Shown one piece after another: positions 50,872 to 63,295 of a stretch of DNA of 64,000 nucleotides. A model generated the notes under the pieces. That model was not told the origin of the DNA. It saw only the letters and a list, made by a program, of their open reading frames with translations, and searched no databases. The stretch's first letter is position 1, and the number at the start of each line of letters is the position of its first letter. The stretch is from Callorhinchus milii (lineage: Eukaryota): contig NW_024704743.1 in NCBI RefSeq assembly GCF_018977255.1, forward strand, positions 30,196,001 through 30,260,000, read 5' to 3'. Made by a program: the position numbers and the translations under genes.

Positions 50872-51140
50872 TGTTTAGAGCACTCACCTTGCAAGTGATA
50901 GGACCTGGAATTGATTCCCGGGCAGGGCGAAATGTTGGGTATGTTTCCTTACTCTGCACGCCTCTGTTCACCTAGCAGTAACCTGGTTGATAGTTGATTG
51001 GTGGATCGTTTTTCTGTGGGAAGAACAGCACTTCTGACAATACAATGCTTCCCCAGCACTGTGGTGGAGGTCAGCCTAGACCAACCCACAACCTTCTGAC
51101 TCAAGAGGCGAGAGTCTACCAGCTGAGCCAGGCTGACACC
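50872..51140. mobile_element. SINE heads: variant B (+, 50872-51020) abutting variant C (-, 51025-51140)
   Basis: GTTTAGAGCACTCACCTTGCAAG..GATTCCCGGGCAGGGCGAAA; CTGAGCCAGGCTGACAC. Confidence 0.75.
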
Positions 51141-52094
51141 ATGTTAAGGAATCCCATTAAGAAATTTGACAAAATACATCCCATTTTCAAAATGTAGCCA
51201 CAATAATACCCAGATTAGTTCCCATAAAAGTCTGCAGCGAAAACCCTTCAGTCTTCAAAGGGTTCAGTGCTAAAATATTGCACAGATCAATAACCACATG
51301 GTACAACCGTACCTGTTTCCCCACCTTCACAGAGACATTTCCCTCTTGAACACTGGGGCATGGTGATATATAAGATGCAGTGAACTGCAGCAAATCCTAT
51401 AACTACTCACCATGGATGAAAGCCTCGCAGTGTACCTGGCCACACAACGCCACGGCCTGTTTTTATTCTGATTTAAACTGATTTCTGTAGACATTGAAGA
51501 TGCTTGTTTCAAGTTTCTATCAAACTGAATCAGCTTCTCTTCACAAACTGGATCCAGTTCAGATCACCCACTGTGGCAGTCAGACTTTGATGAATCAAAA
51601 TTAATTCATTCTGCCAGTCACACCAGTTTGATTCCTTTGTTTGATTCCTTTGAATAAAGGCTGTTTTTTTTTGCCAGTAGCTTTCAAAATACAAATACAT
51701 TTTCCATTGTATATAATAGACGAAGAATTCTTTAAGATTAAAGAAATCTAAATAACAAGACACCTCTTCACCATGTTTTTACGGATTCCTCTGGCCCGTC
51801 TAGATATAGTGTGAGATTCTTATAATGTTACTTTTAATTTTTGCTAAAACCCCTGAATTAATCTAGTCTGTGGAATTAAAATCTATATGACATGATTATA
51901 AATTATGGTCTATAGTTAACTACATATTTTAGTAATTTCCTATTCATCATTCATGTACAATTGTGGCCTAATTGATAGTTTTATAAAACACCTTGTTACC
52001 ATCTCACCAAAGGCACAATACAGGTTTACTGTTGAAGTCTTTAAGGCCGTGAATGCTTTGACTTTTTTTGCTTATTTCCCTCTCCAATTGCATC

Positions 52095-52495
52095 CGCTTT
52101 TCTTCTCTTGAAGCCGCTCATTCCTTGCTGAGGTAGGGCATCAGCTCCAATCCAGTGCTTCGGCATTATGGCAATTCTTCATATGTGAGCCTGAAGAGAG
52201 AGTGTTGTCAGGGTCTTAACTGTGGGAGAGGGCAATCCTTGTCCTGTTCTCACCCGATGTACACACACACATGTATACACACAGGACTTTCTCTCAGGGG
52301 TCTCTCACTGCGCAGTGATCCGGGAACAGGAGCTGGAGCAGAGTCTGGCTACCTTCCCAGTTCTGAGGCCTTGTGAAGCCCAATGTGCTATCTGACTGCT
52401 GCCCAGACTAGGATAATTAACTCAGTACAGAGCTAGAGTGAACCTGGGATTATCTGGGTCTTCATGGCTTAGTTTCACTTGAGACAGTGGCTCTA
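52095..52495 (-). mobile_element. AmnSINE2-like SINE, near full length and degenerate
   Basis: ATTCTTCATATGTGAGCCT..TGTCCTGTTCTCACCCGATGT..TTAACTCAGTACAGA..GAACCTGGGA; family name from recall. Confidence 0.6.
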
Positions 52496-52499
52496 CCTC

Positions 52500-52672
52500 C
52501 CTCTGCCTCACCCTCTCTTTATCTTTAAATCCCACTTGAAGAGCTGCCTCTTTGACCATGCCTATGGTCCCCTCTCCCTTCTCCTTTGCTCGGTATCCAA
52601 CCTGGCTACTGTGCAGTTCTCCAAGACGCTATCCTTTGTGAAGGACGCTATATAAATGCAGGTTGCTGTTAC
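52500..52672 (+). mobile_element. L2 3' end
   Basis: TTTAAATCCCACTTGAAG..CTCTTTGACCATGC..GCTATATAAATGCAGGTTG. Confidence 0.75.
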
Positions 52673-53409
52673 ATTGAGAGAGCTGAGCTCACTTCTTCTA
52701 AAAGCTTAACAAGATGTATCTTGCTGGAACCCAACTATAGTTGATTTATGAGTCTGTTACATTGCAAACAGGAGATTAAAGGAGAAACGCAGACTGGAAA
52801 CAATTCATGTTTGATAGCCAAGACTCTTCTCTGGTACTTAGCTGCAAGCATTATTTCATGTGTGCTCAATCTGATGTATTAACTGCTTCCAAAAGATTGT
52901 TAACAGTCCTTTGTCACTATGTGACAATGTTATACTAGGTGCCACCGGCTGATACAAATATCAGAATATAAAATCTGTGAAACAAGAAACCATGGCTAGT
53001 GCTTTGCCCAGAACACTTGTCTCCTAGTTTGACCTGGTAATATAGTGGCCCCTCTCAGTGTTAGTTGAGAGTGATTGTGTCTTCCTCTCAGACCATTAAC
53101 CTTTATCCTTCTACACCTTTCTGAATTAGAAATTTCTTATCCAAAATTCAGTTAGCTCACCGCTTTTGAATGTTCAAGAAACATTGTGTGGTGGGGTAAA
53201 GAAAGGAAATGCAAAATGTGTCATCATATCACAAGTTACATTCCCCCTTCCATCCTTTGTTTTTATTTCAAATCAATACTTTACAATCTTATACTTCACG
53301 TCCTTTCCCATTATTTTAAACATCTGAATTTTCTCTTCTCTCACATGCAATTTGACCAAAGAATATGATGCTGTTTCCTTTTACTTTTAGCCCCTGAAGC
53401 CCTTGTCTA

Positions 53410-54000
53410 CAGTGGCTCTCACAGAAGGTTCTTTGTTCAAACTCCAAATTGCAACTTTGACCTCATATGCTAGGCTGACTCTCCAATGAGATACAGGGAA
53501 AATGATGCATTGTCGGAGGTGCCATCCTTAGAATGGGATGTTAAACTGAGGCCCCATTTGTCTGTTCAGGTGGACATTAAAGCTCCCATGGCACAATTCA
53601 AAAACACAAGGGAATGTCTCTTGGTGACCTGGCCAAGTCCTCCAGAAAAACATGGTTGTGTGTGGGACATTGCTGTGTGCAAATTCGCTGCCCCAGTTGC
53701 CTACATATACACAATCACTGCACTTTATTGTAATGCCTGTGAAGGCACGCAATTGTGTCTCACAAACACATAGCCATTCCACCTTACAGTATACCCCATG
53801 AAGCACTTTGAGACATCATCCTGATGTGAAAGACACTATCCAAAATGTAAGGATTATTATATGTTATAATAAGTGAATGACCACTTTTATTTGGGGGGAT
53901 TGTTGTCCAGGACACCAGGAGAAACTCCCTTCATTTTTCAAAAGTGCAATGGGATCTTTAACAAGCACATGAATGTACTACCAACTGAGCCAGGCTGAGA
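53410..54000. mobile_element. Two DeuSINE variant C copies (+ 53410-53860; - 53870-54000)
   Basis: TGTCGGAGGTGCCATCC..GTTAAACTGAGGCCCC..CAGGTGGACATTAAAG; CTGAGCCAGGCTGA. Confidence 0.8.
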
Positions 54001-56109
54001 CGAGATATCCAGGTATACAGATATATTTGTGTGCTGATCATGAGAAGTAGTGCCAACTGGAGAAGCCATTTGACAATATCACAGTCGTGCATAAGGTATC
54101 ATTGATTGTACCTACCGAAGCAAGGACAACCCCGACATATTGTGTCCAATGTGAATGAAACGGGTTTAGCAATATTGCCTGCAAGGTTATTTCAGGTTGA
54201 ATCCAAGGTCACGTGAGTTAACAAGTCGTAAATTTGGTACATTGGATTCATACACTATGTTTAAGTAGACCTGTAGCAGCACTTGTGTTCTTGACATGAG
54301 AATTTCAAGCTTATTTTGATCAGAGTGGAGGAAAGCAGTTTGAGCCAGAGGCACTGCAAGCCACTGAACCACATAAATGACTTTGGTCTGCTCTAGACTT
54401 CTATTATTGTCCTATCATGCTTGGGGTTGCCCTCCATCCCCTCCATGCAACCTAGTTCTCATTAACCTGTCTTTGGATCAGTTCAGGTTTTTACTTTGTA
54501 AAAAAGGGAAACAATACATTGTATTTTTTTTAAGCTTAAGATTTTCTGTCATTCAGTAATAATGACTGACAAGTGATTTGACAAGTGACTAGACCAGTGG
54601 AGCAGAGCCAGTGTTTCTCCCGCATGCCTCTGGCATGTCTGACTATTCAAAAGGGCCTTGATTGTTTGGAGGTTTGATTGTCATGCGATCTCAGACACTC
54701 TCCAACTATGACTGTTGACACCAGGGTCACATCTGAAAACTGCTGCTCAGCATTTCTTCAACACAGACCTGACAACAACTCAGGTGAGTATTGAGGAGAT
54801 GTTTGGGAGAATTGAAGTGCTTCGTATGATTTGATCACTCAGGTAGTACTCTGCAGTATGTACTATCATGTTGGTTAAGGTCATATTGAGGCCAATTTAG
54901 CAGCACATACTATATTTATCAGATGTACCTAGATCTACAACAATGGATTACTAACTCTAAGGCTCTTGGCTGTCAGCTGGCAGAACACCAGCTGCTTAAC
55001 TAAACTAATTCTCAGAGTAATCAGTATCTTACTAACCAGCAATCGAAAGCCACAATCTGCAAAGCAAGATGTCCAAAATCTGGCTTCAGAGATGTTGAAA
55101 ATGAGAGCTGTGTGGTGAGGTCTATCTCTGGCCCAGATACATTCAATGTGATAAATGCCACTAGATTGTATTCACCCCATTCTCTACCACAATAGGGTTC
55201 TTCTGCTTCTGGGTAATGCCATGATTTCGGAGCAAAGATGTGGAAGCTGCTGGGAAGTCTTGGAGGCTGCCCCTGCAATTAGAGACTCCTGGGTATGAAT
55301 GGTGCTAAACCGCCAATCGTACCTTGCAAACTGAACATAATTCCTGAAAAGTGGATGTTGCACTAATTCACACAAACTGCATGTCTAAGAAAGCTTCTCA
55401 GTCACTAACCATTTCTCTGTTGTTCTGTAAACTGCCTTCCACTCACATATATAAATGCAAGTTGTTGTTGTTCTTGTTGCTTTCCACTCACATTTAGTTA
55501 TTAAATAGAATTTGTTTTTAATAAATATACTGTAGGAAACACAGCTGTAGCAAAAATGAACTCATTGAAATCTGCTGTATTTGATGAAACCATGTGTTAT
55601 CCTAGGGCAACTTAGACCTCTGTTCAGACAGCAGGAAGTCAATCAAAAATGAAAATTCACATTCACTTAATTATAATAAATAACAGAGAAGCATTCTCCA
55701 GATGTATTAGACATTTGCATTATTAATAATGAACGGATACATCCATTATTGAATATGTAAAGGCCATCACCTGCATACATGGCGTTTTTATACATATGCA
55801 ATACTGATCATAGGCTCTGATACGACACACAGCTGATGTCATTTATTATGTGTTGTGCAGGAAATGTGGCGTTTGTCACTTCTTTACGATGTGATGACAA
55901 CGTGACCAGACACCCTGGAAACTGGCATTATAATAGAGTTGGCCTGTATTGATACATGTGTATTATTCACATAAGGAGGCACCTTTTCTATAATCACTAA
56001 ATGTGCCCCCTTCATACATGCCCTTTTAGTAGCATCAGCTTTAGAAGATGACAACTATTGTAATTCCCTATATTTAAGCGAATCCAAAATGGAGGGGATA
56101 CGCTAAGCC

Positions 56110-57880
56110 ACCTCTGCCCCGTCCACTGCCACATCACCTCTCCCTCATGGCCCACACCCCCACCTATCCCCCCCTATATTCCTTTGACCCTATCTCTCCC
56201 TCCTCCCTCACCGCAATTGATCGCAAACTCAAACCCACCACCTGTTCCCTCGATCCCATCCCACCTCTCCCCTCATCTCCCAGCTCCACCTTCTGGCCCC
56301 TCTCCTGTCCAACATCATCAACCTCTCCTTGTCCACCAGTTCAGTTCCCACCCCCCTAAAAACAGCCGTCATCATCCCCATCCTGAAAAAACCTTCCATC
56401 CCTCCTCTCCAGCTACGACCCGATCTCTAACCTCCCATTCCTCTCCAAGGTACTGGAACGAGTCGTCGCGTCCCAGCTCCGCTCCTTTCTTTCTCGCCAT
56501 TCAGTCTTTGAACCCCTCCAATCCGGCTTTCGCGCTGCCCAAAGCACAGAAACAGCCCTGGTCAAAGTCACTAATGACAATTTGAACACCTGTGATCAGG
56601 GCTCCCTCTACCTCCTTGTCCTCTTCGACCTCTCTGCCGCCTTCGACACTGTCGACTACTCTATCCTCATACACCGCCTCTCCTCTTTACTCGCGGACCT
56701 GCCCTTGCCTGGTTCGATTCCTATCCCTCTCACCGTCTCCACTTTGTTGCCTCTAACGGTTTCTCCTCCAGCCCCCGCACTGTCACGTCTGGCGTTCCCC
56801 AGGGTTCTGTCCTTGGCCCTCTCCTCTTTAATATCTACATGCTCCCCCTTGGTGACATCATCCACAGACATGGGGTCAACTTCCACATGTATGCGGATGA
56901 CACTTAACTCTATCTTTCTGCCTCCACCCTCAACTCCAGGACCACTGCTGTCCTGACAGACTGCCTGTCGGACATCAAGTCCTGGATGAGGACAAGTTTC
57001 CTATAGTTGAATGTGAACAAGACTGAGGCCCTCCTGATTGGCTCACACCAGCGCCTCAGCACCTCAGGCTCTGGCAGCATCAACCTCCATGGTTGCACAC
57101 TTCAACTTACCAAGCCAGTCAGGAAACTTGGTGTCGTGTTCAACCCTCAATTGTCTTTTCTTCCCCACATCCAAGCTATGACCCGCTCTGCCTTCCATCA
57201 CCTCCATAACATTGCCCGACTCCACCACTACCTCACCCCTCAGGCTGCTGAAACTCTTGTTCATGCCTTTGTCACCTCCAGGCTCGACTATGCAAATGCC
57301 CTGCTTGTTGGCATTCCAAATTCCTCCCTCCTTAGCCCACAGATAATCCATAACTTTGCAGCCCGTGTCCTCTCACACACTAAACTCCGCGACCCCATCT
57401 CCCCCATTCTCTGGAGTCCTGTAGCTCAGTGGTTAGAGCACTCGCTTTGCAAGTGAGAGACCTGAGTTCAATTCCAGGCAGAGGGCGAAACCTTGGGCAA
57501 GTTTCCTTACTCCACACGTTTAATAATAATCCGTCCAAAACAAAAAACAATAATTAATTGGTCATTTTCAATCGACGACTGTTTGTGGGACATTGCTGTA
57601 CGCAATTGGCTGCCGCGTTCGCCCACAAATATACAGTCAATTCACTTTACAGTGTGTTCTGTGAAGCGCTTTGGGACGTCCTCCCGATGTGAAAAGCGCT
57701 ATATCAAATGCAAGGATTATTATTATTATTATTATTATTATTCTCGCCCGACTCCATTGGCTCCCTTTCCTTCACAGGATCCAGTTCAAGATCCTGGTCC
57801 TCATCTACAAAGCCCTCCATGACCTCACCTCACCCTACCTCTGTGACCTCCTAACCCTTACTAACCCGCCTGCTCCCTCC
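56110..57880 (+). mobile_element. L2 LINE ORF2 (reverse transcriptase) pseudogene, 5'- and 3'-truncated
   Basis: [55 protein letters not shown] (premature stop); NVNKTEALLIG; LVHAFVTSRLDYANALL; frameshifts. Confidence 0.95.
57413..57742 (+). mobile_element. Full-length young tRNA-SINE (variant A) nested in L2, with TSD ATTCTC
   Basis: ATTCTC at 57406-57411 and 57740-57745; removing the SINE restores the L2 frame ISPILARLHWLP. Confidence 0.96.
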
Positions 57881-58043
57881 GCTAAAAGTCAGAATCCCTA
57901 TAAGCTGATGCAGGTTTTTCCAATGAAGCTCATTTTGAGGATGGAGGCTTGCATTGGCAATTGTTTAAAGTGTTATCTAGAGTCTGGGTTTGTGAAATCA
58001 CAGTTGACATATCAAAGACTTGATATCCACCTTGATTGGTATG

Positions 58044-58280
58044 CAACAACAACAACAAATTGTATTTATATAACACCTTTCATGTTGGGATAATGTCCTG
58101 AGGTGCTGGACAGTCAAAGGTTTGCACCCAAGTTGGGGGTCGGATTTGGAAGTGGTGAGGGCTATGAAAGTTGGGAGTAAGAAGATGACTGAAGGCGAGA
58201 TCAAAGAGGATGGTCTTGAAATGGACCTTGGAGGAGGCAATGGAAGGGGCGAGGGATTCCGGGATGGAGTTCCAGAAAAT
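58044..58280 (-). mobile_element. L2 3' end
   Basis: (CAA)n plus ATTGTATTTATATAACACCTTCATG; GGAGTTCCAGA. Confidence 0.75.
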
Positions 58281-58579
58281 GAAATCACTTCACTCCTTCC
58301 CAAGTTTTGTTCTGCAAGAAAGAAATGACATTTGCGGTGATCTTTGAACGAACCTTAATTTATTTAAGGAACACTTTAAGGAATACCAGCAGGTGGCAAC
58401 CCTCTCCAGGAAAATGGTATGTTTCTCTCAGGTTCCTAGTGTCACCATTTTGTGATCCTTAAAGTGATTTTACGAAGCCAATGATCAGCATTGATCATTC
58501 TATGTCACAGAAAGAAAGTTGTGTTCAGCCAGATTGTGACAACTCCCAAATGTAATCTAACTAACACGTCAAGACTTTG

Positions 58580-59310
58580 AATTCACATAGTCTAGGCTGA
58601 TACTCCACTGCAGTGTGGGGGTGTGCTGCATTATTGGAGGTGCGGTTGTTTGAATGAGATTTTGAACTAAGGCTCTGTCTGCCTGCTCTGGTGGACATTA
58701 AAGATCCCATGGCCCTATTCAAAAACAGAAAGTGAGCTTCTCCCCATGTCCTGGCTAACCATCTTCAAAATAAAATTGGTTACTCACTTCATGGATGTTA
58801 TAATATAATAATAAATCTTGCATTTCATATAACACCTTATCACGTCGTTGAAATATTTGAAAGTGCTATACAGAATATATTGTAAAGTTAATTGACTATA
58901 TTTTGTGGGCAAACCGCGGCAGCGAATTGCGCACAGCAGCGTCCCACAAGCAGTCATGAATTGAGTGACCAAACTATTATTTTTTTGGAGGGATTGTTAC
59001 TCCTGGAAAGCGATCCACCAATTGACTAACAACTGGGTTCCTATTTAATGTTGGGTAGACAGAGGCGTGTGGAGCAAGGAAACTTGCCTAAGGTTTTGAC
59101 CTGCCTGGGAATTGAACCCGGATCTTCTCGCTTGTGAGGTGAGCATGCTAACCACTATGCTAAGGACTCATCTATGGTTGTGGGATATTGCTGTGCACAA
59201 ATTATTTGCCTATAAAATATAATTCACTGTATGTTACAGTAAATCCTGTAAAGCACTTTGAGGTGTTCTCCTGATGTAAAATTAGCTATATCAAATCTAA
59301 TAATAATTAT
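58580..59310 (+). mobile_element. DeuSINE variant C split by a full-length variant B insertion
   Basis: Left part 58580-58797 ends CACTTCATGGATG; right part resumes GGTTGTGGGATATTGCTGTG at ~59175. Confidence 0.78.
58799..59170 (-). mobile_element. Full-length tRNA-SINE variant B
   Basis: Head TGAGTCCTTAGCATAGTGGTTAGC..GGTTCAATTCCC, ~60-nt B insert, core and tail. Confidence 0.9.
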
Positions 59311-60114
59311 TGTTATAATTAAGATATACTTGAAACTATTTTACACAGGAACATAGGGTAGAAAGACTCCCAGAAATTGGCCTCTTTGAGATTACTGGCT
59401 GACTGCTAATAGAGTTTCTTAATCTAAATCCTAGGGCACTGCTGACGGTTTGTTTTTTTACTGGTTAAGCTGTACTCTTCATGGTCTCTAAGTGTTTAGC
59501 CTTAGAGTTGGCAGCTTATTTCAGTGAAACATCCTCATTGGAATTTGGCTCAGGTGCTTTTAAAGCTGATTTACAATTAGAGACTCCTCTAGAGTAGATT
59601 CTCCCAAGACCCACTGATAAGAGGCTAGAAATATCTTTAATGAGTTGCTCAATGGAGCCAGCGAGCCGATGATTGCCCGCCAAACCTTTCATTGTCCTCC
59701 GGGATCCACTATTCCACTCCCAGCTCCTCTCCAAATCCCCAACCTGTGAAGGAAATCGTCAGTTAACATTGAGGTAAAGATAACATGGTCTGGGATTCAC
59801 ACAAATAAATGCATTGTTTCCCTGATGGAACAAATTGAGAAGAGTACTGTGAGATTTATCTTTTCCCTGTCTAAAGCCCGTGGGCATTGAAGCCCCTTCT
59901 GCAGTCTGTAGCTGATGGCTCCAGTTTATCATTTGCTTCGTCTCAACCTTTCATCCACTCACAGGAGGAGAGACATCCCATCCATTTAAGTGACAACCAG
60001 CAAATCAGCTAATGCTTCCAGATAAAGTACCAAGGAGTTTTGGTGCACATGCAAACAATATGGTGTCATGCTGGATATCACAGCCACTTCGTGAGATGTT
60101 AAACTAGCTGCAGT

Positions 60115-60444
60115 TAATAATAAATAATAATAATAATCCTTGCATTTGATATAGCGCTTTTCACATCGGGAGGACGTCCCAAAGCGCTTCACAGAACACA
60201 TTGTAAAGTGAATTGACTATATATTTGTGGGCGAACGCGGCAGCCAATTGCGCACAGCAATGTCCCACAAAACAGCCGTAGATTGAAAATGACCAATTTA
60301 TTATTCTTTTTGTTTTGTTTTTGGAGGGATTATTATTAGGTGTGTGGAGTAACGAAACTTGTCCAAGGTTTCGCCCTGCCTGGAATTGAACTCAGGTCTC
60401 TCGCTTGCAAAGCGTATGCTCTAACCACTGAGCTGCAGGAATCC
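60115..60444 (-). mobile_element. Full-length young tRNA-SINE (variant A)
   Basis: Complete head, core and (TTA)n tail. Confidence 0.95.
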
Positions 60445-61208
60445 AAATATACAGCCATACAGTTATATACAGCCAGCCATATGCATCTGAGGAGACAAGA
60501 GAATGTAGGTGTAGAAGGATGCATTTTCAATAAGCCAGTTTGATTTCACTTTAGGAACTAATAGCACAAGAGCAACATGAGGGCTCAATGGCAGACTGAA
60601 GCAAACGGGGAGTCATTAAACTGCACATGAGCTGAGCCAACTCATATAAATGTAGTCTCAGAGGTTTTGCAAAAAAGCTTCCTAAAAGAGCTTTGATGGC
60701 TACATAATATTTCTTTAGCATATGTGCCAATGGCCCATTGGGTAAAGGCATGGCCCAAAGCAGCAATAAGCCATTCAGTCCAGAAGGTTTCAATCCTGGT
60801 CTGAGCTAAATTTGCTAATCTGAGGCAGAAGAAATTGAGTCACTATAACTGGCCGTGGAGGTGCTTTCTTCTCATAGTTTGAGGGCTTGAATTTACTTTT
60901 TTCCCCTAATTCTTTCTAGAGATTCAGCATTGTGTGTATGTTATACACAATTTTCTTGCTAATTTCTTATTTATTTCCAAATAGCTGTCACTAACTCAGT
61001 TATCCTGAGTTATATTCCCCTCCTCGTCCAAATTTATTATCAAATTAGGATGAATTTGCTGCTTATCTCATCATTGCTTATGGACGTTGCTGGCACAGGT
61101 TAGCTGCTGCATTTGTTTGTGAAACATTCACTTATAATAATAATAATACACTAGGATGTTCCTAGTACTTGCATTTTCAATGACCAACTACTCAGGGGGA
61201 GGTAAGCA

Positions 61209-61718
61209 GGACATGTTTGGCAACAAACTGTAAGGATTGAGCTAACTCTCTGTGGTGGTCTCGGTAGTCCAATTCCTGAGCCAGGCGTGTCCATTGTACT
61301 CCAGGTCACAGCTGATGACAACACAGCCAGTCTAGCTTACAGGCAGAACCTGGAAGGGCAGATCAGTCACTGAGGGCAGGGACTCTTCTCACTCAGCTCC
61401 TGTTAATCTTAACAGGTAGGGTGGTCCTAGCACGACAAGCAGCAGAAAAATTTGCCAGAAAAAAATATAAGTGATAAGCTACGTAATTTAGCTGGTTAGA
61501 CTCTAGTAACACGCCAACGCACACCTGGACCTAATACTTTCTGGAATTAGGTATGCAGGATGCATTCCTATGTGAGAGAGTGCACATTCTATTCCAATAA
61601 ATATCTTGTGCATTGCCACGCGAAGTTGGAACTCTCAGTTTGGTTTGGATACTCGTAAACATTGTGATGGATTTCTGCATGTACCAGGCACCCAGCTGAC
61701 CCCCCCCACACAAAAAAA
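61209..61718 (+). mobile_element. Family U copy 4
   Basis: GGACATGTTTGGC..CTCTGTGGTGGTCTCGGTAGTCC..GGGTGGTCCTAGC..GCTGACCCCCCC. Confidence 0.85.
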
Positions 61719-62874
61719 GCACTTCCTGCACTTCCTTCTTGACAAACAATAAAATGAAGGCAGAGGCCTTTTAGTAAGTCTCCTATTTCCCCCTCTGGTC
61801 CGCATGAAGCCGCACAGCCAGAAGAGACAAAGAGAGAAGGTTATTGGTCACGATTTGAAAGTCTGGCCTCAGAAGTGAATGACCAGTGACATCCCATCTC
61901 TCAGTTACAACTTTGTTTAAAGGAAGAGAAAATGTGATGCCCAGATTTCTAGATCATCAACATTCTCAAAGTGCTAAGGTTGGCTGCTCAGTCCCAAACC
62001 CACCTTCCTTCCGTTGTTTAACAGACTGCATACCTCAGTCGTTTTCACTCCATTAAATGCAGAGCAACACTCATGTCAGTGAGGGTGGTGCCACGGCAGG
62101 TTACTAAATAAAGCACACAATGAGCTAATTGGGGCTCAAAACGAGGCAAAGTGCTGCAATTATAGAGACGGCTCCTAACAGCAGTAACATGAGCGCTGCA
62201 TTCACTGACAGATCTTTCATCCAATTTAAATCTCTTTCTTGTGCACTATTCTGGTTTTGAATGGTTATTAAGCTGAGACATTGTGCCCACGTATATGGTT
62301 ATTTATCATTTCACAAGCTGTTTTTTCTAACCTGCTTCTCCAACCTTGCAGAAAAACATCCGATTGCAACTTCTTAAGAATAAACATCCAGCTATTGAAG
62401 CTTGTGACTATTTTCCCAAGATTTTAAATTGCAAGGACCACCCTTCAGTAAACGCTCACTCCAGAGCATCTGTAACATTTACCAACCTGCATAGTTGTTT
62501 TATCTGTGGAACATGGGGCGAGGGGGGGAATTTGTACATCATCTTATAACCATTAAACAGAGTTATATGTTGATCTTTTATTCAGACTAGCCTGATAGGT
62601 GGTGGCTACACTCATTTCACAACATATTTAATTGAACACTGGGATCTTCAAGTAACATTCAATGAATTATATAAACACTCCTTTTATAAAGAAGGTAATT
62701 TCATGTGAAATAAACTATTCCATGGCTCTGAATGTCTGAACTCAATGTATCTGGATTGAATGAAGAGTCTCTCCCTGAGATTTTCCAAACGATGGCTGGA
62801 TGTGACTATAGGTCGATGTACAGCCGACTCCTTGTTTACATACTGCACTGTAAAACATTTTAGTCATCCTTCAT

Positions 62875-62972
62875 GTGAGTTGGGTTGCATGAAATTCTCA
62901 GTTTGGTTTGGATACTCTTTCGCATGCTGATGGGTTTCCACATATGTCAGACATTTGGCTGACCCCCAAAAA
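62875..62972 (+). mobile_element. Family U copy 5 (3' fragment)
   Basis: TCTCAGTTTGGTTTGGATAC..TGTCAGACATTTGGCTGACCCCCAAAAA. Confidence 0.8.
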
Positions 62973-62974
62973 GT

Positions 62975-63295
62975 CACCCTGGATCAATCAGTAGCACTCT
63001 CACCTCTGAGTCAGAAGGTTGTACGTTCAAGCCCCACATTGAAACTTTGAGCTCATAGTTTAGATCCTGTCTGCCAGGTGGATGTTAAAGATCCCATGGC
63101 ACAATTTGAAAATAGAAGTGACTTTCTGGGCCAATAATCCCCCAGATAAACTTAGTCATTCTCTCCAGGGCTGTTTATGGGACGTAGCTGTGCACAAATT
63201 GGCTGCTGTGTTCGCCTACAAAAACAAGCGCCACACTTTACAGAAAAACTCTTTTCAGAGTGATAAGACGCAATATCAACTGAATGAATTATAAT
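62975..63295 (+). mobile_element. DeuSINE variant C, internally deleted
   Basis: GTAGCACTCTCACCTCTGAGTCAGAAGGTTG..GTTCAAGCCCCAC; GTGGATGTTAAAGATCCCATGGCAC; core. Confidence 0.8.

Noticed and set aside
54898..54925. TAGCAGCACAT, a miR-15/16-like seed (similar at 50040 and 54274)
   Set aside because: The 3' part does not match the family and there is no hairpin.
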